From contig CAYYMF010000002.1 of assembly GCA_964472755.1 (NCBI GenBank), forward strand, positions 2,927-66,926: a stretch of 64,000 nucleotides of DNA. Reading direction: 5' to 3'. A program made the position numbers and the translations under genes. The notes under the pieces are model-generated. The model saw nothing but the letters and a program-made list of their open reading frames with translations. It did no database searches and was not told where the DNA came from. How positions within the stretch are numbered: position 1 is the first letter of the stretch; each line of letters begins with the position of its first letter. Source of the stretch: an uncultured Chitinophagales bacterium. GTDB taxonomy: Bacteria > Bacteroidota > Bacteroidia > Chitinophagales > JADIYW01. Shown here piece by piece: positions 1 to 10,073 of this stretch.

Positions 1-1462
1 TAATATTTCTTGCTGCTTCAGCAACAGCAATCGCACCGCCAACTTCAGCATCAGCATGTACATAACGACTATTACAATCCACAGTAACGACTAAGCCTTT
101 GTTACTTTCTTTTAAACGAATAATATTGGCATCACTCGGTTCATTAATTCCAGTATTATTTATACCCACCATCGAATCGTATTGCTTATAAATATATCTT
201 TTTGAAGCTATATTTGGATAAGCAACCACCGCTTTTGATATTTCTTTTAATTCATTTAAGCTAGGTTCTGAAATTTGCTCAATAGCATATTTATCACGTT
301 CTTCATGATATTTAGGCTTAGAAAATGCTCTATCATATACTGGAGCACCACCACCTAAAACCAATGTATCAGCAGGCACTTCAGCCACCAATTCTCCATT
401 CATATAATATTCTAAAGTATTACCTTCAGTAACTTCGCCAATAACCGCACAATTCAAATCCCATTTGTCAAAAACTGCTTCAACTAATGCTTCTTTGCCT
501 TTTTCAACAACAATCAACATTCGTTCTTGCGATTCAGACAATAAGATTTCGAAAGGCAACATATTTTTTTGACGTGTTGGAACCTTATCCAACCAAATTT
601 TCATACCATGTTCGCCTTTTGCACTCATTTCAGAAGTTGAACAAGTTATACCAGCTGCTCCCATATCTTGCATACCAATAACAGCACCCGTTTTGATAAC
701 TTCTAATGTTGCTTCCAACAATAATTTCTCTACAAATGGGTCGCCCACTTGTACAGAAGGAATCTTATCTTCAGCATCTTCGCCTAAATCTTCTGAGGCA
801 AATGTTGCTCCATGAATACCATCTTTTCCAGTTGCAGAACCAACAATATATACAGGATTTCCTTTTCCATAAGAAGTAGCAGAAATGGTATCTCCAATTT
901 TTACAATTCCAACACTCATTGCATTTACCAATGGATTTACTTGATAACAATCATCAAAATAAACTTCCCCTGCAACAGTAGGAACACCAAAACAATTTCC
1001 ATAATGTCCTATACCTTTTACAACACCTTTTAATAAATGTTGTGTGCGTTTATTATCAATCAATCCAAAACGCAATGAATTTAGAGAAGCAATCGGCCTA
1101 GCTCCCATAGTAAAAATATCTCGAGAGATGCCACCAACGCCAGTTGCTGCACCTTGAAATGGTTCTACTGCACTTGGGTGATTATGAGATTCAATTTTAA
1201 ATGCACAAGCCCAACCATTGCCAATATCTACTAAACCTGCGTTCTCCTCACCTGCTTCCACTAACAAAGCCTTACCTTTTCTTGGTAATTTTTTTAAATA
1301 TTTTATGGAATTTTTATAGGAACAATGTTCACTCCACATCACAGAATAAATACTTAATTCTGTATAATTGGGTACACGTCCTAAAATCTCTTGGATTTTT
1401 AAAAATTCCTCAGGTAATAATCCTAAAGTCTTGGCTAATTCTTCATTTACGATAACAGACAT
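1..1462 (-). CDS. purL: Phosphoribosylformylglycinamidine synthase subunit PurL (FGAM synthase II). The N-terminal half is present and the C-terminus lies beyond the window edge.
   Basis: A minus-strand frame is open from position 1 to the ATG at 1462. It is absent from the track because it has no stop inside the window. My translation reads MSVIVNEELAKTLGLLPEEFLKIQEILGRVPNYTELSIYSVMWSEHCSYKNS...SHNHPSAVEPFQGAATGVGGISRDIFTMGARPIA...DMGAAGITCS, which are classic PurL motifs. Confidence 0.85.
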   Translation of the reverse strand, partial: MSVIVNEELAKTLGLLPEEFLKIQEILGRVPNYTELSIYSVMWSEHCSYKNSIKYLKKLPRKGKALLVEAGEENAGLVDIGNGWACAFKIESHNHPSAVEPFQGAATGVGGISRDIFTMGARPIASLNSLRFGLIDNKRTQHLLKGVVKGIGHYGNCFGVPTVAGEVYFDDCYQVNPLVNAMSVGIVKIGDTISATSYGKGNPVYIVGSATGKDGIHGATFASEDLGEDAEDKIPSVQVGDPFVEKLLLEATLEVIKTGAVIGMQDMGAAGITCSTSEMSAKGEHGMKIWLDKVPTRQKNMLPFEILLSESQERMLIVVEKGKEALVEAVFDKWDLNCAVIGEVTEGNTLEYYMNGELVAEVPADTLVLGGGAPVYDRAFSKPKYHEERDKYAIEQISEPSLNELKEISKAVVAYPNIASKRYIYKQYDSMVGINNTGINEPSDANIIRLKESNKGLVVTVDCNSRYVHADAEVGGAIAVAEAARNI

Positions 1463-1482
1463 AATAAAATTGATATAAGTTA

Positions 1483-1490
1483 CAAAAGTA
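1483..1490 (-). promoter_or_regulatory. Candidate Bacteroidota -7 promoter box (TACTTTTG on the minus strand) for purL
   Basis: The plus strand reads caaaagta, an exact match to TAnnTTTG on the minus strand, 21 nt upstream of the purL ATG. Confidence 0.4.
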
Positions 1491-1568
1491 CAAAATAAAC
1501 CACTATAAGACTAAAAATATTTGTTATTTAGTGCAGTTTTATTAATTTCGTAAGAGTTTATTATACTT

Positions 1569-2855
1569 ATGTTGCTGGAAACTTTATACCCATTATTTTT
1601 AATACTATTATTTAGTGTAATTATTACCAAATCCAAATACTTTAACCGTTCTGAAATTGGCTCTCCCTTATTAGTTTTGGGCTTTTTATTGAAATGCATA
1701 AGTGCTTTTTATTTTGGATATTTATTTAATAAGAATATTCTGACAGGAAACGACACTTTTAATTATTTAAGAAATTCAGAAATTATCTATTCTTCTATTC
1801 AAGAATCTTGGCTAACTTATTTTAAACTAACATTTGGGCGTAATTGGCATTCAAATCCAGACTCAAATCTCATTCCATATATAGATAAAATGGATTTTTG
1901 GTACGATAATAGTAATTATTTGATGGTACGAATAAATGCTATTATTCGATTGTTTTCTTTTGGAATTTACAATGTACATGCTGTAATTTTTGCTTTTATT
2001 TCATTTATGGGTATTTATAATTTATATTTATTTTTTGAAAACAAAGTTTTTAATAAAAGGATTTTACAATTAATTTTATTTGGGATTCCTTCTATTGTTT
2101 TTTGGACATCTGGCGTTCATAAAGAAGCCATAGTCGTTTTTGCATTAGGCATGAGTTTATATAATACCGATAACCTTTTTAGCTATCAATATGAAAGAAA
2201 ACATGTTATTCGAACCATTTTAGGATTATTTATTTTAGGAAGTATCAGAATCTATATACTTGCATTTTTAATTCCTCTGTATATTGCAATTATTCTTTCT
2301 CAGAAAATCAGCTTCCCAAAACGAACGTTTCGGTTTTATGCAATCCTTATGATTTTCTTATGCATCATTAGTTTGGCATTAATTGATACGCTAATCCCAA
2401 ACTTTAGTTTATTTAATGAATTCATAGTTCGAAGAACTCATTTTTTAAGAGCTTCTGGCAATACTACATTTGATGTTATCACCAATTTCAATAGTATTGA
2501 GAGTTTCTTTTTAGTGATTATTGATGCAATTATCAATCCATTTATTCATCCTTTTCCAAATGAATCCAATTTGTTTTTGGTATTTATTGCATCATTAGAA
2601 ACATACTTAATGTTGTTTATTATTTTAGCAACTGTTTTCTCTTTAAGTTACAAAAATTTATACAAAAATCCTTATGCTTTATTCTGCATATTATTTTCCT
2701 TGAGTATTTTATTTTTAATAGGATTAATCGTCAATAATTCTGGAGCAATTGTCAGATACCGCTCTATTGCTATACCATTTTTGTTAATTGGGTTGTGTTT
2801 ATTATACAAACCAAAAGAAAATTTACAGATAGAAACTGGGGCAATAATCAAATAA
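1569..2855 (+). CDS. Multi-pass integral membrane protein of unknown function, with an architecture like GT-C, EpsG or O-antigen-polymerase proteins
   Basis: 428-aa ORF with an ATG start. It has about 10 hydrophobic helices across its whole length and no soluble domain or catalytic motif that I can name. Confidence 0.5.
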   Translation: MLLETLYPLFLILLFSVIITKSKYFNRSEIGSPLLVLGFLLKCISAFYFGYLFNKNILTGNDTFNYLRNSEIIYSSIQESWLTYFKLTFGRNWHSNPDSNLIPYIDKMDFWYDNSNYLMVRINAIIRLFSFGIYNVHAVIFAFISFMGIYNLYLFFENKVFNKRILQLILFGIPSIVFWTSGVHKEAIVVFALGMSLYNTDNLFSYQYERKHVIRTILGLFILGSIRIYILAFLIPLYIAIILSQKISFPKRTFRFYAILMIFLCIISLALIDTLIPNFSLFNEFIVRRTHFLRASGNTTFDVITNFNSIESFFLVIIDAIINPFIHPFPNESNLFLVFIASLETYLMLFIILATVFSLSYKNLYKNPYALFCILFSLSILFLIGLIVNNSGAIVRYRSIAIPFLLIGLCLLYKPKENLQIETGAIIK

Positions 2856-2867
2856 TATGACCTGATT

Positions 2868-3467
2868 TTATAAACATTTCTGCAAAATATATTGCAACTT
2901 AGTCCATGCTTTTTCATTATCATGCAAAACTAAAATATCATTTTCTCTAAGATGATTTTGAATGTTTTCATAACACTTTTCAGGTGTAACTTTGGGATGA
3001 TAATCATGTGGCAATACAGAACAAATCACGATTTCTCCTTTATTAAATTTGTCCATTGCACGTACTTTTGCATAAGGAGGACGAAATAAATTACTGCCAC
3101 TAATAGCTTTCCCTTTTTGATAATTTTCAAGATAGTTTTTTCTGGAAATTCTCCAGCCATTATAATGTTTATAGCCGTGATTTCCGATAGTATGTCCTTC
3201 CGTTTTTATCTGTTCAAATATTTCAGGATATTTTTCGATATGCTCCCCTAAACAAAAAAATGTTGCTTTTACATTATGTATTTTTAATTGTTCCAAAACC
3301 CAAGGCGTAATCGTTGGGTGTGGGCCATCATCAAAAGTAAGGTATATTTTTTTGCCCATAAAAGTACAACTAGGCATTTTAATTAACGCTCTAGCCTCTT
3401 CATTCATTTCCCAAATTACCTTTGGAAATGATTTTTGTATAATATTTGGTGTTCTTACCCAAAACAT
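2868..3467 (-). CDS. Polysaccharide deacetylase (NodB homology domain, carbohydrate esterase family 4)
   Basis: It carries the motifs YLTFDDGPHP and GHTIGNHGYKH. The track starts it at a TTG (3488) that overlaps the upstream gene, so I prefer the in-frame ATG at 3467 (MFWVRTPN...). Confidence 0.8.
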   Translation of the reverse strand: MFWVRTPNIIQKSFPKVIWEMNEEARALIKMPSCTFMGKKIYLTFDDGPHPTITPWVLEQLKIHNVKATFFCLGEHIEKYPEIFEQIKTEGHTIGNHGYKHYNGWRISRKNYLENYQKGKAISGSNLFRPPYAKVRAMDKFNKGEIVICSVLPHDYHPKVTPEKCYENIQNHLRENDILVLHDNEKAWTKLQYILQKCL

Positions 3468-3472
3468 ACTAT

Positions 3473-4561
3473 CTATTTTGTTAAACAAATTTTTAATCTA
3501 ATCATTTTTTTCACAGAGTCTTCTATTTGATACGCTAATGCTGTTTGCTTATCCAACTCCTCAACTATCTGTTCGGACAATAATCTCGGATTTTTAGGCA
3601 TCAAAACAATATCATTCCCAGCTTCTAAAGCTTTAAAATCGGCATTTGGAATAGTAGAAACGCCCAACATATTCATTGCATCTGTAATAACAATTCCACG
3701 AAATCCTAAATCATCTTTCAATAAATTAGAAACAATATTTTTATCAATACTTGATGGCAATCCAGCTGTATTAAACTGTTCATTATCTTTAATCGCTATA
3801 TGACCCATCATTGTAAAAACGGGCTCAGACTTTTGGATTAAGTGATAAAAAGTAGGTACTTCTTTTAAAGGTCCATTGATATATACTAAATTTTTATGTG
3901 AATCGCCCAATACATTTCCATGTCCAGGAAAATGCTTAATTGTCGTTGCAATGTTATAAGTTTTTGATTCATTAATAAACTGTGCTGCTCTATGAATGAT
4001 ATCATCAATATTGTTACCAAATGAGCGATTATTTATTACTGCAGTATTAAACGAATTATCAGCCAATGGTGAGAAATTAATCTGAATACCAACTTTGTCC
4101 AATACTGATGAAATTGTTTTAGCAGCTTCTAAAACTAAACTATCAGAATCCAATTTGTTGGTCTTTAAAACATTCGGAGAACCAAAATACTTCATATTAA
4201 ACAATGAAGGTTCACAATCGCAAGCATAAATATTATTAAAACTTGTTTGAATTGCGTTATAATCCTGAATTTGATTGGCTATATTTGATATATAACCTTT
4301 CAAAAAAATAACATTACTAATTATTGTATCTTCTAATAGTTTTTTGGAATTATTATAAGTATAGACATTATCTGTAGGACTTACCGCATACATGATAATT
4401 TGTGCTGCTTTTTGTTTATTATTTAATGAATTAAAAACAGAATCCGTTATATAATCCAAGCGTTTATCTTCTTTATAAAAATCATAAATAGAAAATGAAT
4501 TGGCATAAATATTCAAGCTATTCACTAAATAAAACAATATAATCAACCAAAATTTAGACAT
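3473..4561 (-). CDS. Glycoside hydrolase family 3 N-terminal-domain protein (NagZ-like beta-N-acetylhexosaminidase), secreted
   Basis: Motifs KHFPGHGNVLGDSH and GIVITDAMNM are present, with an N-terminal signal peptide MSKFWLIILFYLVNSLNIYA. Confidence 0.75.
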   Translation of the reverse strand: MSKFWLIILFYLVNSLNIYANSFSIYDFYKEDKRLDYITDSVFNSLNNKQKAAQIIMYAVSPTDNVYTYNNSKKLLEDTIISNVIFLKGYISNIANQIQDYNAIQTSFNNIYACDCEPSLFNMKYFGSPNVLKTNKLDSDSLVLEAAKTISSVLDKVGIQINFSPLADNSFNTAVINNRSFGNNIDDIIHRAAQFINESKTYNIATTIKHFPGHGNVLGDSHKNLVYINGPLKEVPTFYHLIQKSEPVFTMMGHIAIKDNEQFNTAGLPSSIDKNIVSNLLKDDLGFRGIVITDAMNMLGVSTIPNADFKALEAGNDIVLMPKNPRLLSEQIVEELDKQTALAYQIEDSVKKMIRLKICLTK

Positions 4562-4592
4562 CTATTTCCTATTTATTTTAATACTACAAAAA

Positions 4593-5852
4593 TCATTCTA
4601 CTTTTGTTGCAAAAACTTCTTTTTTAAGATTTCTATTATGTTCTATGGCTAATACACAATCATAAGTTGCTTGTCTTAATGCTAATTCTCTTGGGTCATT
4701 AGCAATGTGTGTTCCCATTTTATTCATTACATAAGCAAAAGCAACTTTAAGCGTTGGGTCAGCGAAAGCACCAGAACCACCAGCACCAAAAGTACCGAAT
4801 GCTTTATAATCGATTCCAAAATTTTGATAAGTTGAAGGTTTTGCAAAGCCTACTGAGAATGGAATATTTACACCTAAAACCAAATCAGTTCTTCTGATTT
4901 TTGGAGCAATCGGTGTTTTTGCTAATTCCTTTAAAGTTTCATTTCGAATACCTAATTTTTTACCTCCTGTTGCAAATTCATTATAAATTGTAGCTAAGCC
5001 ACGAGCATTTGAGAATCCCAGTGCAGCACCATTTTGAATTTCAATATATTTTCGTTTATTGAAATTGTTTAGATTAATGGCAAAAGGCGGATTTAATAAG
5101 GACTTATAAAACATTGAAAATGGATTAGTAATATTTTTTATCAACTTACCAAAATCTCTATTATTACCTCCAGTTATTGCCTCTAATGGATTAAATGGTA
5201 TATTATCTGCTTTACGCTCAATATTGATTTCCTTTGGAAACCCAATATACATTTCAACACCCAATGAATGAGCAATTTCTTCATAAACAAATTCAGACAA
5301 ATTACGACCTTTAGGGTCAATACGTTTCATCAATTCATTTTGATACATAGCAATCGTCCAAGCATGATAACCTTGTCTATCGCCCACTTTCCAATAGGGC
5401 TTTTGCTTTGCCAAGGCTGAACTTAATGCTTTTTCATCAGTTAACAATTCATAACTAAAAGACTTTTTATTACTAAATACACCTGCTTGATGAGCAAATA
5501 ATTGTCTAACTGTAACATTTTCTTTTCCATTAGCAGCAAATTCAGCCCAATAAGTAGCTACTTTTTCATCATAATCTAATAATCCTCGGCTGTGTAACAT
5601 TGCCATAGCTAATGAGGAAATACCTTTTGTTGTTGAAAATAATAAAGCCAACGTATTTTCCTCCCAATGTTTTCGTCTGTCTTTATCTTTATAACCAGCA
5701 TACAAATCTACGACCTTTTCGCCTTCAAAATAAACACAACAACTTGCACCTACTTCATTTCTATGATAAAAATTAAATTGAAAAACATCTCTTACTTTTT
5801 CAAATCCTTCTTTTGTGTAACCTCCAATTTGTATCGGTTCTTTATATGCCAT
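4593..5852 (-). CDS. Serine hydrolase of the beta-lactamase fold (class C beta-lactamase / esterase / D-aminopeptidase family)
   Basis: 419 aa with the SxxK active-site motif in LLFSTTKGISSLAMA. The length and overall pattern fit the family. Confidence 0.7.
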   Translation of the reverse strand: MAYKEPIQIGGYTKEGFEKVRDVFQFNFYHRNEVGASCCVYFEGEKVVDLYAGYKDKDRRKHWEENTLALLFSTTKGISSLAMAMLHSRGLLDYDEKVATYWAEFAANGKENVTVRQLFAHQAGVFSNKKSFSYELLTDEKALSSALAKQKPYWKVGDRQGYHAWTIAMYQNELMKRIDPKGRNLSEFVYEEIAHSLGVEMYIGFPKEINIERKADNIPFNPLEAITGGNNRDFGKLIKNITNPFSMFYKSLLNPPFAINLNNFNKRKYIEIQNGAALGFSNARGLATIYNEFATGGKKLGIRNETLKELAKTPIAPKIRRTDLVLGVNIPFSVGFAKPSTYQNFGIDYKAFGTFGAGGSGAFADPTLKVAFAYVMNKMGTHIANDPRELALRQATYDCVLAIEHNRNLKKEVFATKVE

Positions 5853-5943
5853 AAGTAAAATTAAATATTTTGTTCTAAATTAAGAAATACTAAGAAAAAT
5901 GCAGCATTCTCTGTGTAATAATTATCCTTAGAGAAAATATTTT

Positions 5944-6492
5944 CTACTTCAACAAAGCAACTAATTCCTTTTGTATGCTAGCAGTTTTATCACTATTATA
6001 AAAGTGTTGCAATGCCTCTTTAATTCTTTCAAATGGCTCGCCTTTTGTCTTTTGCTCATTGAATACATTTTGTGCATTGACAGGTCGTGGACCCCAACGA
6101 AATTTATCTTTGCCTTCAGCATCTCTAACTATAAAAATTGGAATAGATTTGCCTCCATTTGTCAGATAATTATCAATTTCAGAATCAGAATCTCGCAATT
6201 GAAGTTCTAAATGAATATTATCATTTAAAATTGACATCAAATAAATTATAGGTGTAATATGAGCAGCATCGCCACACCAAGGTTCTGTTATCAATATCCA
6301 ATTTTGCTTTTCTTTTATTGCATGAATTACAGCTTTTGTTTCTTCAGTTAATACAGCAGTTTTTAACCATCTTTTCAAACGAGCATGATTTAATTTTGTA
6401 TATTCAAAATATTCAGGGTCGTTATATGGTGCAGTTGAGTTCTCATCGTTTAAAATTTGTTCAAACTTAATTAAGTATTCATTCCAACTCAT
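5944..6492 (-). CDS. Thioredoxin-fold family protein
   Basis: 182 aa with ILITEPWCGDAAHITP, a thioredoxin-like motif that has a single Cys in the WCGD context. Confidence 0.6.
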   Translation of the reverse strand: MSWNEYLIKFEQILNDENSTAPYNDPEYFEYTKLNHARLKRWLKTAVLTEETKAVIHAIKEKQNWILITEPWCGDAAHITPIIYLMSILNDNIHLELQLRDSDSEIDNYLTNGGKSIPIFIVRDAEGKDKFRWGPRPVNAQNVFNEQKTKGEPFERIKEALQHFYNSDKTASIQKELVALLK

Positions 6493-6569
6493 AAAACATT
6501 ACAATTATTATTATATTTAGATTCAATTTAAAATACAGCTTTTATAATTTTTAAAAACACAATTTTAGA

Positions 6570-7019
6570 TTAAGGATTATAAGAACCAGCGACTGTTCTA
6601 AAAGGTATTGCTAATCGATTCCAGCCATTTATGGCAATTATTGTCATTGTTAGTGCAATTAAATCTTGTTCGTTAAATTCCTTACTTACTTTAGCATATA
6701 ATTCATCTGAAATGTGATTACCAGCAATTAAAGTTAATGCTTCTGTCCATTCTAAAGCAATTCGTTCACGCACTGTAAAAAAAGGTGTTTCACGCCAAGC
6801 TGAAAGTGCATATAATCGTTGTTCAGTTTCGCCTTCTTTTCTGGCATCTTTAGTATGCATATCCAAACAATAGCCACAACCATTAATCTGCGAAGCCCTA
6901 GTTTTTACTAATTCAAATAAACTTTTCTCTAAATTTGAATGATGTATATAATTTTCAATTTCTAGTAATCCTTTTATTGCTTTTGGTGCAACTTGACCAT
7001 AATCTAATCTGCTTTTCAT
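6570..7019 (-). CDS. Carboxymuconolactone decarboxylase family / AhpD-like alkylhydroperoxidase
   Basis: It contains the CxxC motif GCGYCLDMH typical of AhpD-like proteins. The track starts it at TTG 7025; the ATG at 7019 lies 2 nt after the acnA stop. Confidence 0.75.
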   Translation of the reverse strand: MKSRLDYGQVAPKAIKGLLEIENYIHHSNLEKSLFELVKTRASQINGCGYCLDMHTKDARKEGETEQRLYALSAWRETPFFTVRERIALEWTEALTLIAGNHISDELYAKVSKEFNEQDLIALTMTIIAINGWNRLAIPFRTVAGSYNP

Positions 7020-7021
7020 TT

Positions 7022-9799
7022 TCAATTCTTTTTTAAATAATCTCTCAAAACATATTGCAAGATACCTCCATTTTTATAGTATTCAATTTCTATATCTGCA
7101 TCTAATCTTGCTTTTACTTTAAAATCAATCACTTTTCCTGATGAATGAACTGCTTTGACATCTAAGATTTTATGTGGAACTAAATCACTTTCCAAACCAA
7201 TAATATCAAAAATTTCAGAGCCATCTAAGCCTAAAGACTGTGCATTTGCACCTTCCATAAAAACTAATGGAGCAACGCCCATACCCACTAAGTTACTTCT
7301 ATGAATACGCTCAAAACTTTCTGCAATAATTGCTTTAATACCTAATAAAACAGTACCTTTTGCTGCCCAATCTCTTGATGAACCTGAGCCATATTCTTTT
7401 CCAGCCAACACAATCAATGGCGTTTTGTCTTTTTGGTAAGCCATTGCTGTTTCAAAAACAGTTTTTACTTCTCCAGTTGGGAAATATTTACTAAAACCAC
7501 CTTCTTTATCAATAATTTTATTTTTGATACGTACATTGGCAAAAGTACCACGCATCATCACTTCATGATTACCTCTTCGAGAACCATAAGAATTAAAAGC
7601 CTCCTTTCCTACTCCGTTTTCAATTAGATATTGTCCAGCTGCTGTATCTTCCTTAAATGAACCAGCAGGAGAAATATGATCGGTTGTTACAGAATCCCCT
7701 AAATACAACAAGACTCTTGCTGATTTAATATCTGTGATTGGTGGTAATTGATTGCTAATATTTTCAAAGAATGGAGCTTCTTTAATATAAGTAGAATCAT
7801 TTCTCCATTCAAAATTTTGATCTAATTTTACTTTTAAATCTTTCCAATCTTCAGAACCTTCAAAAATCACATCATAAACTTCTTTAAAATCTTCTTGCTT
7901 AACACAGTCATTAATTGTATTTTGAATCTCCTCACGACTTGGCCAAATGTCTTTTAAATATACTGGTTCACCATTCGGGTCAAAACCAAGTGCATCATGC
8001 ATTAAATCAACATCTACACGACCTACCAAAGCATAAGCCACAACCAACATTGGCGACATCAAAAAATTCATTTTTGTTTGTGGGTGTACTCTTGCTTCAA
8101 AATTTCTATTTCCTGATAGTACAGATGCAACTACCAATTCTCCTTTTTCAATTGCTTCTGCTATATGTGGTGGTAATGGACCTGAATTTCCAATACAAGA
8201 AGTACAACCGTACCCAACAGTATGAAAACGAAGTGCATCTAAATCATAATTTAAGCCAGAACGTTGTAAATATTGAGTAACCACTTTTGAACCTGGTGCT
8301 AAGGAAGTTTTTACCCACGATTTAGTACGCAATCCTCTTTCAATTGCATTTCTAGCTAATAAACCTGCACCTATCATCACTGAAGGATTAGAAGTATTTG
8401 TACAACTTGTAATTGCTGCAATTGCAATACTTCCATCGCTAAAATTATATTCTTGGTTTTTATTTTTAATTCGAACAGTATGCAAATCCTCTTTTACAAT
8501 TTCTGCATTTGAGATATGTCCGTCGTGAGGAACTTTACCAAATAAAAATTCTGTTCCAGAGCCACCTTCTGCCAACCAAGCTGCTTCTTTTCGTTCATTT
8601 ACTTGTGTGTAAGTTCTATTATATTCTTGCTGTAATAAATCTGCAAATTTATTTTTCAAGTCTTTTACAAATATTTTATCTTGAGGACGTTTAGGACCTG
8701 AAACTGTTGGTTCTAAACTATTCAAATCAAACTCAACTACTGAAGAATATTTAATCTGTTCATTACCAGTTCTCCAAAGTAAATTCTCCTTGCAATAAGT
8801 CTCTACAATATTAATTTGATCTTCAGAACGATTGGTATTTCGCATATACTCTAAAGTTCTATCATCAATAGGAAAATAAGTTACTGTACACCCAAATTCA
8901 GGCGACATATTTCCAATAGTAGCCCTATCAGTAACGCTCAAATTATTCAAGCCATCGCCAAATACTTCAATAAATTTGCCAACAACACCTTTATCTCTTA
9001 ATATTCTTGTGATAGACAAAACCATATCTGTTGCAGTGCATTCATTTGGAATTTTTCCTGTTAATTTTAATCCTACGACTTCGGGACAGGTAAAGAAAAT
9101 AGGCTGTCCGAGCATTGCAGCTTCTGCTTCAATTCCACCAACACCCCATGCAATAACACCTATCCCATTAACCATAGGCGTATGAGAATCTGTGCCAACT
9201 AATGTATCTGGAAATAACCAACCATCACGATTGGTAATACCTTTAGCCAAATATTCTAAATTCACTTGATGGCAAATACCCATTCCTGGCGGTACGACCG
9301 TAAAATTATTCATTCCATTTTGAGCCCATTTTAAAAGTTCATATCGTTCTTTATTTCTTTCATATTCAACTTCAACATTTTTTTCATAAGCATAATTTGT
9401 TCCAAAATAATCAACTTGAACTGAGTGATCTATAACTAAATCTACGGGAATTGCAGGGTTAATTTTTTGTCCATCTTTTCCGTGTCTTACAAATTCTGCA
9501 CGCAAAGAAGCAATATCAACTACAGCAGGAACACCAGTAAAATCTTGCATTAAAACTCGTGAAGGCATAAATGGAATATCCTTATCTTTTGGTTCAGGTG
9601 TCCAATTTGCTAAAGTCTGAATATGTTCATCAGTAACGCTAAAACCATCGTAATTCCTCAGCACATTTTCTAATAAAATACGAATACTGAAAGGTAATTG
9701 TTCAATATTCCCTGTAGGAAAATCTTTTAAAGAACAATAATTGTAACTTTTTCCGTTCACCTGAATAGTATTAACGGATTTTGCTGTTTGATGGCTCAT
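7022..9799 (-). CDS. acnA: Aconitate hydratase A
   Basis: 925 aa with the Fe-S ligand and substrate motifs GTDSHT, ITSCTNTSNPSV and GCTSCIGNSG. The full length matches AcnA/IRP-type aconitases. Confidence 0.95.
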   Translation of the reverse strand: MSHQTAKSVNTIQVNGKSYNYCSLKDFPTGNIEQLPFSIRILLENVLRNYDGFSVTDEHIQTLANWTPEPKDKDIPFMPSRVLMQDFTGVPAVVDIASLRAEFVRHGKDGQKINPAIPVDLVIDHSVQVDYFGTNYAYEKNVEVEYERNKERYELLKWAQNGMNNFTVVPPGMGICHQVNLEYLAKGITNRDGWLFPDTLVGTDSHTPMVNGIGVIAWGVGGIEAEAAMLGQPIFFTCPEVVGLKLTGKIPNECTATDMVLSITRILRDKGVVGKFIEVFGDGLNNLSVTDRATIGNMSPEFGCTVTYFPIDDRTLEYMRNTNRSEDQINIVETYCKENLLWRTGNEQIKYSSVVEFDLNSLEPTVSGPKRPQDKIFVKDLKNKFADLLQQEYNRTYTQVNERKEAAWLAEGGSGTEFLFGKVPHDGHISNAEIVKEDLHTVRIKNKNQEYNFSDGSIAIAAITSCTNTSNPSVMIGAGLLARNAIERGLRTKSWVKTSLAPGSKVVTQYLQRSGLNYDLDALRFHTVGYGCTSCIGNSGPLPPHIAEAIEKGELVVASVLSGNRNFEARVHPQTKMNFLMSPMLVVAYALVGRVDVDLMHDALGFDPNGEPVYLKDIWPSREEIQNTINDCVKQEDFKEVYDVIFEGSEDWKDLKVKLDQNFEWRNDSTYIKEAPFFENISNQLPPITDIKSARVLLYLGDSVTTDHISPAGSFKEDTAAGQYLIENGVGKEAFNSYGSRRGNHEVMMRGTFANVRIKNKIIDKEGGFSKYFPTGEVKTVFETAMAYQKDKTPLIVLAGKEYGSGSSRDWAAKGTVLLGIKAIIAESFERIHRSNLVGMGVAPLVFMEGANAQSLGLDGSEIFDIIGLESDLVPHKILDVKAVHSSGKVIDFKVKARLDADIEIEYYKNGGILQYVLRDYLKKN

Positions 9800-9871
9800 A
9801 ATAAGTTAAGATTAAAAAATTAATGAATTATAGCACAAATTAATAATTCAAAAGTGCTTACTAACTAGAAA

Positions 9872-9879
9872 CAAACATA
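9872..9879 (-). promoter_or_regulatory. Candidate -7 promoter box (TATGTTTG on the minus strand) for acnA
   Basis: The plus strand reads caaacata, 73 nt upstream of the acnA ATG. Confidence 0.3.
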
Positions 9880-10009
9880 CATTAATTTTGTTCAACAATT
9901 TTCTGTAAAAACTAAAATCATTCAGTCTTCTAACAATAAAATCAAATATCCATAATAATTAATTTGAGTATTTATAAATTAGATACGCAAACAATTCAGT
10001 ATTTATAGT

Positions 10010-10017
10010 TATCTTTG
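10010..10017 (+). promoter_or_regulatory. Candidate -7 promoter box (TATCTTTG) for ssrA
   Basis: Exact TAnnTTTG match 57 nt upstream of the mature tmRNA 5' end. tmRNA is processed from a precursor, so this distance is plausible. Confidence 0.35.
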
Positions 10018-10073
10018 CCTACTCAAATAGGCATAATTTTTGTACTTATTTACAAAAATGTTCTTTGATTTAT

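Noticed and set aside
487-1455. Three plus-strand track ORFs (487..681, 812..1033, 1201..1455)
   Set aside because: They lie antisense inside the strongly supported purL frame. Their sequences are low-complexity and AT-biased with no motifs, which is typical of shadow ORFs.
7433-9185. Plus-strand ORFs inside acnA (7433..7627, 7915..8280, 8509..8694, 8976..9185)
   Set aside because: They are antisense to a 925-aa aconitase with every catalytic motif intact. Their composition is that of shadow frames.
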